From contig CAYZLR010000003.1 of assembly GCA_964479275.1 (NCBI GenBank), positions 9,102-73,101 of the forward strand: a stretch of 64,000 nucleotides of DNA. Reading direction: 5' to 3'. The stretch comes from an uncultured Caulobacterales bacterium. GTDB taxonomy: Bacteria; Pseudomonadota; Alphaproteobacteria; Caulobacterales; Parvularculaceae. Under the pieces are notes generated by a model. It saw nothing but the letters and a program-made list of their open reading frames with translations, made no database searches and was not told the DNA's origin. The translations under genes were made by a program, and so were the position numbers. This document shows, one piece after another, positions 9,696-17,510 of this stretch (position 1 is the first letter of the stretch; each line of letters opens with the position of its first letter).

Positions 9696-10547
9696 TTATT
9701 CGTTATGATTATTAATCTGGTTTTGACGGGCTGATAATTTGGTTAAAATCTGTGCAGCCGTCTCCTCCACAGATCGTTTCGTCACATCAATGACTGGCCA
9801 TCGATGTTTTGCAAACAGCCGCTTAGCCTTGATCAATTCCTGCTTGATCGACTCTATGCTCGCATAATCAGAGTCTGAATTGGCATTCATTGACCCTAAA
9901 CGATTTTCGCGAATTTGCCCAAGACGATCAGGACTGGCTATCAAACCAACAATCATCGGTTTGTTTAAGGTAAATAAACTCTCTGGTGGCTCACTAGTTG
10001 GAACCAGTGGAATATTTGCAGCCTTAAATCCACGATTAGCCAGATACATACATGTTGGAGTCTTCGAAGTTCGGCTTACGCCCACAAGGACGATATCTGC
10101 AGATTCTAAATCCCATGTCATCTGCCCATCATCATGAGCAAGAGTATAATCGAGAGCTGCTATTCGATTAAAATAATCATCATCGAGTTTATGTTGAGCA
10201 CCTGTATCGCGAGTTTGTTCGAGATCAAGATAATTCTCAAACGCCTGCGTTAATGGATCGAGTACCGACACAGCAGGGATGTGCATCTCAGAACATCTAA
10301 GCTCTAGATGACGCCGCAATTCCGGATTGACGACAGTGTATAAAACTAAGCCCGGCGATGCTTCTATGCTGAGTAATGTTTTTTCTAATTGGGCTGGAGA
10401 TCGGATTAATGCATAAATATGTTCTATTGGCGTCGCTGTGTTAAATTGAGCTGTTGTCGATTTCAACATTGTGTTCAATGTCTCCCCGGTGGAGTCAGAG
10501 ACAAGGTGAACATGAAAAAAAGTAGCGACTGGTTTTTCCATAATCAT
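9696..10547 (-). CDS. pyruvate, phosphate dikinase / PEP synthase regulatory protein (DUF299, PpsR-like; homolog of Rickettsia RP001 / Caulobacter CC0001)
   Basis: 283-aa ORF with VHLVSDSTGETL and a P-loop-like GVSRTSKTP. Confidence 0.85.
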   Translation of the reverse strand: MIMEKPVATFFHVHLVSDSTGETLNTMLKSTTAQFNTATPIEHIYALIRSPAQLEKTLLSIEASPGLVLYTVVNPELRRHLELRCSEMHIPAVSVLDPLTQAFENYLDLEQTRDTGAQHKLDDDYFNRIAALDYTLAHDDGQMTWDLESADIVLVGVSRTSKTPTCMYLANRGFKAANIPLVPTSEPPESLFTLNKPMIVGLIASPDRLGQIRENRLGSMNANSDSDYASIESIKQELIKAKRLFAKHRWPVIDVTKRSVEETAAQILTKLSARQNQINNHNE

Positions 10548-10779
10548 AAAGTATCCTCACCTCTTATTTGCCCTACCAAGGGTCATATTTTTATCTATTC
10601 GGGCATACCCACAGGTCCATACAAGAAAGAATAAAACTTGGATAAAGTCATACTTTTCAGCCCTACTCATTATGCATGTGAATAAGGCATAACTTGTCAG
10701 AGTTTTACCCACCGCAAGATTTCAAAACTTATCCTTGTGCATATCCTGTTTCCAAGCCCTTGAAAAACTTTTAACAAGA

Positions 10780-10788
10780 TTTTCCACA
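10780..10788 (+). promoter_or_regulatory. DnaA-box-like 9-mer TTTTCCACA (8/9 to TTATCCACA)
   Basis: Read directly from the sequence. Confidence 0.45.
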
Positions 10789-10930
10789 ATCCTTTTTGTG
10801 TAAATTTAATCAACAAATGAAGGTGTTAATATAATTATCCTGTAATATTGGATATCCCAAGTTGTAATATGTTATTCCTTTTTGTTGTTGAAAAATCTGG
10901 GGATTAATAAGCACAAATCAGTTTTCCCCT

Positions 10931-10939
10931 TTATCCACT
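10931..10939 (+). promoter_or_regulatory. DnaA-box-like 9-mer TTATCCACT (8/9 to TTATCCACA)
   Basis: Read directly from the sequence. It has the same orientation as the box at 10780. Confidence 0.45.
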
Positions 10940-10951
10940 TCTATTCTTATA

Positions 10952-10966
10952 TTAAACCTTTTTTAA
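10952..10966. promoter_or_regulatory. perfect CtrA-type box TTAA-N7-TTAA (TTAA ACCTTTT TTAA)
   Basis: Read directly from the sequence. It lies 23 nt upstream of the hemE start. Confidence 0.5.
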
Positions 10967-10972
10967 GAATCT

Positions 10973-10987
10973 TTAATAGAAAGTTAA
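10973..10987. promoter_or_regulatory. perfect CtrA-type box TTAA-N7-TTAA (TTAA TAGAAAG TTAA)
   Basis: Read directly from the sequence. It ends 1 nt before the hemE GTG at 10989. A GANTC site (GAATC, 10967-10971) sits between the two boxes. Confidence 0.5.
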
Positions 10988-10988
10988 T

Positions 10989-12041
10989 GTGTTGAAAAAC
11001 CAGAGAAACCCAACGGGCATACTTTTTGTAGACACCATAAATGGCCTACAATCAGAAAAAGTTCCGTGTTGGTTTATGCGTCAAGCTGGACGTTATCTTC
11101 CGGAATATCGGGAGTTGAGAGCCAAAGCAGGTTCCTTTCTTGATTTGTGTTATAACCCGGCTATGGCAAGTGAAGTTACACTGCAACCGATCAAACGTTT
11201 TGATATGGATGCTGCAATTTTATTTGCTGATATTTTATTGATCCCCTATGCGATAGGACAAAAAGTTTGGTTTGTATCGGGCGAAGGGCCACGTCTGGAT
11301 CCAGTTATATCCAATAAAAATATTGACCACTTTCGTAAGCAAAATGATTTTTCTACGCTGGATCCTATTTATGAAACCATAGCCCTAACCCGGAAAAATT
11401 TATCTCCGGAGAAAGCTTTAATTGGATTTGCTGGCGCTCCTTGGACAGTTGCAACTTATATGCTGGCGGGCGGGCCTTCGAAAGACCCCTCGGCCCTGCG
11501 CCATCATTATTATGATGATACGGGTTTTATGCGTGCATTGATTGATTTGTTGACGGATATGACGATTGAGTACCTCATCAATCAAGCAAAAGCGGGGGCT
11601 GATGCTGTACAACTTTTTGATAGTTGGGCTGGGGGACTACCCGAGTCTTTAATGATCGAGTTGTGTTTGAAACCGGCTGAAAAAATAGCAATGGCAGTGA
11701 AAGAAGCCATACCAGGTTTGCCTGTGATTTTTTTCCCCAAAGGTGCTGGTGCTATGGCATCAACGTTTGCAAAAAGTAATCTATGTGATGTGATTGGTAT
11801 TGATACGGGTACGCCGGCGTCTTGGGCCAAAGATGAACTAAGTCCGCATGCTTGTGTGCAGGGGGGCCTTGATCCGCTATTGGTGGTTAAAGGCGGGGCT
11901 GAAATGGAAGAGACAGCAAAGCACTATAAAAATACATTTAAAGAACTACCATATATTTTTAATTTGGGTCATGGTTTCGTCCCGCAGACGCCGCCTGAGC
12001 ATGTGGCTCGATTGATGGAAATTATACGAGAAGAGGGATAA
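10989..12041 (+). CDS. hemE: uroporphyrinogen decarboxylase
   Basis: 350-aa ORF with the PCWFMRQAGRYLPEYRE signature. The start is GTG (TTG 10992 is an alternative). Confidence 0.92.
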   Translation: MLKNQRNPTGILFVDTINGLQSEKVPCWFMRQAGRYLPEYRELRAKAGSFLDLCYNPAMASEVTLQPIKRFDMDAAILFADILLIPYAIGQKVWFVSGEGPRLDPVISNKNIDHFRKQNDFSTLDPIYETIALTRKNLSPEKALIGFAGAPWTVATYMLAGGPSKDPSALRHHYYDDTGFMRALIDLLTDMTIEYLINQAKAGADAVQLFDSWAGGLPESLMIELCLKPAEKIAMAVKEAIPGLPVIFFPKGAGAMASTFAKSNLCDVIGIDTGTPASWAKDELSPHACVQGGLDPLLVVKGGAEMEETAKHYKNTFKELPYIFNLGHGFVPQTPPEHVARLMEIIREEG

Positions 12042-12048
12042 TAGGATT

Positions 12049-12480
12049 ATGGCTTTTTATCCGTGGATCAAGGTTTTGCATCTTTTAGCCGTTATTGCTT
12101 GGATGGCAGCGTTGATGTATCTGCCTCGTTTATTTATCAATCATATTCAGCAAAAACCTGAGAGTGAGACAGCAGCGCTCCTGAAAGGCATGGAGGAACG
12201 GCTTGCAAAAGCCATCATGACCCCATCAATGATCGCCGTATGGGTTTTTGGTTTTGCTATGGTTTTGATTAATCCATCGATTGCTGCGTCGTTATGGTTT
12301 ATCGTGAAATTTGTGGCCGTTATCGCGATGACAGGCGTTCATGGATTTTACACAGCATCCCTAAAAAAGTTTGCTAATAACCAATACCCAAAAACAGAAA
12401 AATTTTGGCGGATCATGAATGAAGTACCTTTTATGCTCCTCATAATCATCGTCATAATGGTGCTGATTAAACCGTTTTAG
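12049..12480 (+). CDS. hemJ: protoporphyrinogen IX oxidase HemJ (UPF0093/CopD-like membrane protein)
   Basis: 143-aa ORF with four TM segments and the N-terminus WIKVLHLLAVIAWMAALMYLPRLF, sited immediately downstream of hemE. Confidence 0.8.
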   Translation: MAFYPWIKVLHLLAVIAWMAALMYLPRLFINHIQQKPESETAALLKGMEERLAKAIMTPSMIAVWVFGFAMVLINPSIAASLWFIVKFVAVIAMTGVHGFYTASLKKFANNQYPKTEKFWRIMNEVPFMLLIIIVIMVLIKPF

Positions 12481-12701
12481 TGATTTTACAAAATAGAATA
12501 GGCGCAATCAACTCGCTAACTTGACGATTTACCTTTGAACCGGTAAGACTCGTAATCCCTCCTTCTTGGCGTGATTTTGCATTCATAATTCCATATGAGC
12601 TAAAATAAGCGCCCTTTTATAAAATATTTTAAACTCAATAACGCGCGACTTCATGCGAGTTTAGCGTTTTATCATTTCATTTTCCAAAAAAGAGAACACT
12701 G

Positions 12702-13973
12702 ATGCTGCCTAAAACAATGACCCTTGATGAACTGAAAGCAAAGTCGCCGACAGAATTATTGACTTTCGCAGAGGATCTGGAAGTCGAAAGCGCGTCAGCA
12801 AAACGCAAGCAGGAATTGTTATTCGAGATTTTAAAAGAACTTGCTGATCGCGAAGTAGAAATTTCAGCGGGCGGTGTCTTGGAAGTGCTGTCTGATGGCT
12901 TTGGCTTCCTACGTTCAGCAGATGCTAATTACCTCGCAGGTCCGGATGATATTTATGTATCACCGCAACAAATAAAAAAGTTCGCACTTCGCACCGGTGA
13001 TACGATCTTTGGTGAAATCCGCAGCCCTAAAGATGGTGAACGTTATTTTGCGTTGACAAAGGTGAGTACGATTAATTTTGAAGATCAGGATGCTGGTCGA
13101 CATAAAGTTCATTTTGATAATTTAACGCCGCTATACCCGGAAGAGCGGATCAAAATGGAGGTCGAAGATAAGCCTGGGAAGGATTTATCATCGCGGGTGA
13201 TAGATCTTGTGGCGCCATTGGGTAAAGGGCAACGTGCATTGATTGTTGCACCGCCTCGAACCGGTAAAACTGTTTTACTACAAAACATCGCTCATTCTAT
13301 CGCTGCTAATCATCCTGAATGCTATCTGATTGTTCTGTTAATTGACGAACGTCCCGAAGAGGTGACGGATATGCAGCGCTCAGTTAATGGCGAAGTTGTT
13401 TCTTCTACATTTGACGAACCGGCAACCCGTCACGTACAAGTTGCGGAAATGGTTATTGAAAAAGCCAAACGGCTTGTTGAACATGGCCGCGATGTTGTGA
13501 TCTTGCTCGATTCAATCACTCGCCTCGGGCGCGCCTATAATACGGTGGTACCTTCATCAGGTAAAGTTCTTACAGGCGGCGTGGACGCGAATGCTTTGCA
13601 ACGGCCCAAGCGTTTTTTCGGTGCGGCTAGAAATATCGAAGAAGGGGGTAGTCTGACAATTATCGCAACAGCGCTGATTGATACGGGCTCGAAAATGGAC
13701 GAAGTGATTTTTGAAGAATTTAAAGGTACGGGTAATTCTGAAATCGTTCTTGATCGTAAGGTTGCTGATAAACGTACTTATCCGGCGATGGATGTGGCAA
13801 AATCTGGAACCCGTAAGGAAGATTTACTTACAACTAAGCAGAACTTGCAAAAAGTCTATGTCTTACGGCGAATTCTCTCACCGATGGGGACAACAGATGC
13901 GATAGAATTTTTGATTGATAAATTAAAACAAACCAAAACCAATGATGATTTCTTTGATAGTATGAATACGTAA
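12702..13973 (+). CDS. rho: transcription termination factor Rho
   Basis: 423-aa ORF with GFGFLR, Walker [18 protein letters not shown] and the C-terminus [15 protein letters not shown] 221-nt leader precedes it. Confidence 0.95.
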   Translation: MLPKTMTLDELKAKSPTELLTFAEDLEVESASAKRKQELLFEILKELADREVEISAGGVLEVLSDGFGFLRSADANYLAGPDDIYVSPQQIKKFALRTGDTIFGEIRSPKDGERYFALTKVSTINFEDQDAGRHKVHFDNLTPLYPEERIKMEVEDKPGKDLSSRVIDLVAPLGKGQRALIVAPPRTGKTVLLQNIAHSIAANHPECYLIVLLIDERPEEVTDMQRSVNGEVVSSTFDEPATRHVQVAEMVIEKAKRLVEHGRDVVILLDSITRLGRAYNTVVPSSGKVLTGGVDANALQRPKRFFGAARNIEEGGSLTIIATALIDTGSKMDEVIFEEFKGTGNSEIVLDRKVADKRTYPAMDVAKSGTRKEDLLTTKQNLQKVYVLRRILSPMGTTDAIEFLIDKLKQTKTNDDFFDSMNT

Positions 13974-13993
13974 AATTTTGAGAAGATACGAAA

Positions 13994-14599
13994 ATGGCGT
14001 TAACGCTCTATCATATGCAGCACACACGTTCGCTACGGATTCTTTGGCTTTTGGAAGAAATGAATCTTGAATATAATTTGAACAAAGTCGAGCGTGCGGA
14101 TCTTCAAGGAGAAGATTACCTTTCAAAATCGTCTCTTGGAAAGGTTCCTGTTTTTTTTGATGGGGATAAACGCATAACTGAATCGATTGCAGCAATTCAA
14201 TATATCGCAGATCAGCATAGCGGGGATCAGTTAACACGCAAGCCTAATGATCCAGATTATCATACATATCTTCAACTCATGGAGTTTGGAGAATCGGGAA
14301 TGGGGGGCTATGCAGGATTACTGGTTGGACACACAGTTTTACTGCCGGAAAAAAATCGAAACCCCGCAGTGCGGGACTGGGCACAAGGTGAAATTGATAA
14401 ATGTCTTTCTTTTCTGGAAGAAAGCGTGCCCGATGATGAGTATTTGCTAGGTGATTTTTCTTTGGCAGATATTTCGATTACTTATCTTCTCTTTTTGCTG
14501 AAAATTACAAAGAACAGTGCGGGTTTTGGTGATAATACTAATGCGTATTTCAAGCGTGTTACACAAAGATCAGCGTGGGTCAAAGCTAGTAGTCTCTAG
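13994..14599 (+). CDS. glutathione S-transferase family protein
   Basis: 201-aa ORF with a thioredoxin-like N-domain (SLGKVPVFFDGDKRITESIAAIQYI) and a helical C-domain. Confidence 0.75.
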   Translation: MALTLYHMQHTRSLRILWLLEEMNLEYNLNKVERADLQGEDYLSKSSLGKVPVFFDGDKRITESIAAIQYIADQHSGDQLTRKPNDPDYHTYLQLMEFGESGMGGYAGLLVGHTVLLPEKNRNPAVRDWAQGEIDKCLSFLEESVPDDEYLLGDFSLADISITYLLFLLKITKNSAGFGDNTNAYFKRVTQRSAWVKASSL

Positions 14600-14717
14600 T
14601 TATATATTTTTTCATTTTGATACTAAAGCGCCTCCATTTCAAATGGAGTCAGGGAGGGGATTTACATTACAATTTTGCAGATTGTGTTGTCATTAAAGAA
14701 GGCTTTTTTTGATAAAT

Positions 14718-15728
14718 TTAGCCTGCAATGCCACAGATTGGCTTATCTACGCCGCGATCTTCTTCCAATAAAGCAGCATAAGCTTCAATCGGTCGATCGG
14801 TAGCGATTATATCAACACCTTGATATGATAAATCTGTATAAAGATCGTTATTTCCAGAACTGGCAATTTCATTGTCGAGAGAGCGTCGACCGCCGAGGGT
14901 ACCAAAAATGACCTCAATATCTCTTTTGTTTAAAAGATTGAACGTACGCGGAGTAGGGTCTTTGGTTCCGGTAAAGGCGATGATCTGATTGGCGGGAATT
15001 CCCGCTGCAATGGCGGAATTTAATTCAGACATTGAGTCAATTGAAATAGAGATCATAGCGTTCTGTGCGAGCGCGTGAAGTTTTCGTGCTTGTGCCATTG
15101 AATAAGCAATATAGATGACTTGTTTTTCCATGTGTGTTTTGTTGACGAGTTTGATGACATCTTCATACCGTGTTGATCGCTTGAAATCGATCTGGACAAT
15201 TGCTGTGTTTTTTGCCCATTTTAAAAAGCGCTCTAATCTGGGGGGGTGAAAAGAGGTTCGGTCTTTGTTTTTATCGAGGAGATTTAAAGTCTTTATCTCA
15301 GACCAGTTTAGATCGTTGGCGTTGCCCGCGCCCGTTGTTGTGCGCCCCAATGTGTCATCATGCATTAAAAACAAAACCCCATCTTTTGACGTTGCGACAT
15401 CGATTTCGTGAAGGACCGGCATTTTTGCAGATATGTATTGGGCGGTCTCCAGGGAATTTTCTGGATATTGGTCGTAAGATCCAGCGCGGTGGGCTGAAAT
15501 CAAGCTCTTTCCTTCGTTCTCAAGACATTCAAAAAGAGTGTTTATATCGAGATCAGCTGGTAATACCCATTGGGGCCTTTTCGAGAAATTGTCTCGCGCG
15601 GATGTAGTTTGATCGATGCTCGCGCTGTTGTCGATATTTTGCACAGGCTTTTCATTACAGCCAGAAACACCCAAGAACAAAAACATTAGGAGCATAATGC
15701 GCGCGGGGGTTATAACTTTGATGTTCAT
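14718..15728 (-). CDS. glycerophosphodiester phosphodiesterase family lipoprotein
   Basis: Lipobox LGVSGC is present, with GDPD motifs ISAHRAGS..YPENSLE and EIDV..SKDGVLFLMHDDTL. Confidence 0.8.
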   Translation of the reverse strand: MNIKVITPARIMLLMFLFLGVSGCNEKPVQNIDNSASIDQTTSARDNFSKRPQWVLPADLDINTLFECLENEGKSLISAHRAGSYDQYPENSLETAQYISAKMPVLHEIDVATSKDGVLFLMHDDTLGRTTTGAGNANDLNWSEIKTLNLLDKNKDRTSFHPPRLERFLKWAKNTAIVQIDFKRSTRYEDVIKLVNKTHMEKQVIYIAYSMAQARKLHALAQNAMISISIDSMSELNSAIAAGIPANQIIAFTGTKDPTPRTFNLLNKRDIEVIFGTLGGRRSLDNEIASSGNNDLYTDLSYQGVDIIATDRPIEAYAALLEEDRGVDKPICGIAG

Positions 15729-15895
15729 AAATAAAAATCCTGTATCGGCATTGTTGAAGTATCGTATCTCTGGCCGGGCAAAGTATGAATCTATATGGCA
15801 ATGATTGGCCCATAGCTGTCGCTCGGGAATTGCATCTTTATAGCAAATTTACTCTATACTTCTGACACCTGGTGTTAACGACTAAACAAAAACAA

Positions 15896-16186
15896 CTAAT
15901 AACCATGACTCCACTCATCGTGCAAAAATCTAATTTTTGTACAGGTGAATGTAGAGATAGAGTGTTCGGCATCAAACGCTGTTACAGGCCAGTTGACCAT
16001 CTGCGCCAAAGCCACGCAACCAAAACCAGTCCATGCTTCCGGTGCATCGCTCCGTTCATCAAAAGGCTTTATTGCAAAAAATTTTATAGTTACTTTGTCG
16101 GGATCAAGCGCTGCGAAGCTGGTTTGTGCGTTCAAATAGCCGTAACGTCCGTCAGGATATGCAAAATACTCCTGAATTCTCTTCAT
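15896..16186 (-). CDS. hypothetical protein, 96 aa, no signal peptide
   Basis: The ORF start overlaps the stop of the upstream 276-aa gene in an ATGA (16183-16186). I recognise no family. Confidence 0.45.
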   Translation of the reverse strand: MKRIQEYFAYPDGRYGYLNAQTSFAALDPDKVTIKFFAIKPFDERSDAPEAWTGFGCVALAQMVNWPVTAFDAEHSISTFTCTKIRFLHDEWSHGY

Positions 16187-17013
16187 TCTTGCTCACCGCG
16201 AATCATGGCTTTGGGGCCAGATTTTATCCGACGCATCCAGTTTCTTACGACCGTCGATGCGCCGGACGGCAAGCCTTCTATGAGTTGCAGAGGCTCATAA
16301 TTAGAATCAAAGGCTGGCGGATAATTCAGTTTAACGATTTTAGCAGGGCGTCCAAGTACATCTGATAAGTCAGGCAATTCAGCAATAACCTTGTCTGGAG
16401 ACAGAACAGCAATAACCTCAACGTTAGTAAGGATCATGCCAGTATTCTCGCCATAATGGTATGCACCGCCGAAACGTAAACCAAGTTCTTTACGTTGGAG
16501 GTCGTTCTGCATTTGTGCGAGACATTGGTCATAAACACGTGCCTTGATTCGAATGCGGTGATTGTGTTGCGCATGGCTAATAACGCTTTGATCCGCCCAG
16601 TTTTCAACCCAAAAATGGGCGGTACGCAATCCGATTGGGCCGCCGGCTAAATAATGATCAGCAACATCATAAAGCATTTGTCCCCGAAAGTTGTGATAGC
16701 GAACTGGCCTGAAATACCCTTCAAATTCGGCCCATTCACAGTTTGGTCCCAGTCTTTCTCTCGGGAAAGGCGGGGGAAGTTCTTCATCGTAATCAAAGCT
16801 GGCGTGAGTGTCTTCGACTGCATCCAACTCCGTAAATAGTTCTTCCAGATCGACTATACGAGCGGTCTCGCGTAAACCCCCCGGGGATCTCGGATTAAAC
16901 TCCGGGCATATCAAGGGTTCCCACCAAGGCGCTTCATCTGCTCGGGCAAAGCCGCTAATCCCAAATAGCAAAGTGGTGACAATCGTGAAAAGGATTCTTT
17001 GCAACATTTTCAA
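16183..17013 (-). CDS. hypothetical secreted protein, 276 aa
   Basis: Signal peptide MKMLQRILFTIVTTLLFGISGFARA/DE is present, with an acidic, Pro-rich N-terminal region and a His-rich patch SHAQHNH. I recognise no family. Confidence 0.6.
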   Translation of the reverse strand: MKMLQRILFTIVTTLLFGISGFARADEAPWWEPLICPEFNPRSPGGLRETARIVDLEELFTELDAVEDTHASFDYDEELPPPFPRERLGPNCEWAEFEGYFRPVRYHNFRGQMLYDVADHYLAGGPIGLRTAHFWVENWADQSVISHAQHNHRIRIKARVYDQCLAQMQNDLQRKELGLRFGGAYHYGENTGMILTNVEVIAVLSPDKVIAELPDLSDVLGRPAKIVKLNYPPAFDSNYEPLQLIEGLPSGASTVVRNWMRRIKSGPKAMIRGEQE

Positions 17014-17045
17014 GTATGCTCCTTGCTTTAAAAGCAGCGTATATA

Positions 17046-17067
17046 AAGCGTATATAAAAAGTATAAT
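17046..17067. repeat. perfect 11-bp tandem duplication AGCGTATATAA x2, followed by TATAAT (17072-17077)
   Basis: Read directly from the divergent promoter region between the 276-aa gene and the small ORF/mnmE. Confidence 0.8.
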
Positions 17068-17247
17068 CCTGTAAAACAGCTAAGCTATAAAGCGACCACA
17101 AAAATGCAATTGAAAATTTGTTATTGAACAGCAGCGTTGGCGACAAACTGCCATTTGATTTCGAACTGAGGCACTATCATTTTTTCCTAGTCTTGCATGG
17201 AATTGTATGGCCAGTATAGATCTATGATCTCACAGGAGAATGATAAT

Positions 17248-17505
17248 ATGCGGATGACCATTGATGTTGATTGTACCCCTGAAGAGGCACGGCGCTTTTT
17301 TGGGCTGCCCGATGTCAGCAGCGTTAATGATATGATAACGGATGCAATGAAAAAGCGTGCTGAGGAAAATTTGGATAGCCTTTCTGACCCCGAACAGCTG
17401 ATGAAGAGCTTTGTTCATGCGGGTGAAAGGGGATTCGAACAGTTTCAGACCATGATGGCAGGTGCGATGGCATCAGGCTCGTCGGCACATAAAGAAAAGA
17501 AATAA
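17248..17505 (+). CDS. small conserved hypothetical protein (85 aa) immediately upstream of mnmE
   Basis: MRMTIDVDCTPEEARRFFGLPDV... GGAG (17235-17238) lies 9 nt upstream of ATG 17248. From unverified memory, it resembles small alphaproteobacterial proteins of unknown function (DUF6489-like). Confidence 0.6.
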   Translation: MRMTIDVDCTPEEARRFFGLPDVSSVNDMITDAMKKRAEENLDSLSDPEQLMKSFVHAGERGFEQFQTMMAGAMASGSSAHKEKK

Positions 17506-17510
17506 CCTCT

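Larger units (their letters stand above)
10548..10988. other. candidate chromosomal replication origin (oriC)
   Basis: A 441-bp non-coding gap lies between the DUF299 gene and hemE. G+C is 31/120 (26%) over 10801-10920 by hand count. The gap contains DnaA-box-like 9-mers, two TTAA-N7-TTAA boxes and one GANTC. Gene orientation diverges around it, and the parS cluster and parAB lie 7.5-12 kb to the right. Confidence 0.6.

Noticed and set aside
10729-10853. Additional DnaA-box-like 9-mers, TTATCCTTG (10729-10737) and TTATCCTGT (10845-10853).
   Set aside because: Each matches the consensus at only 6 of 9 positions, which is too degenerate to call individually. They may be weak boxes but cannot be supported from sequence alone.
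14632-14648. A hairpin, CTCCATTT-C-AAATGGAG, between the convergent GST and GDPD genes, considered as a possible terminator.
   Set aside because: The loop is too small for the full stem and no T-tract follows on either strand, so it is not called as a rho-independent terminator.
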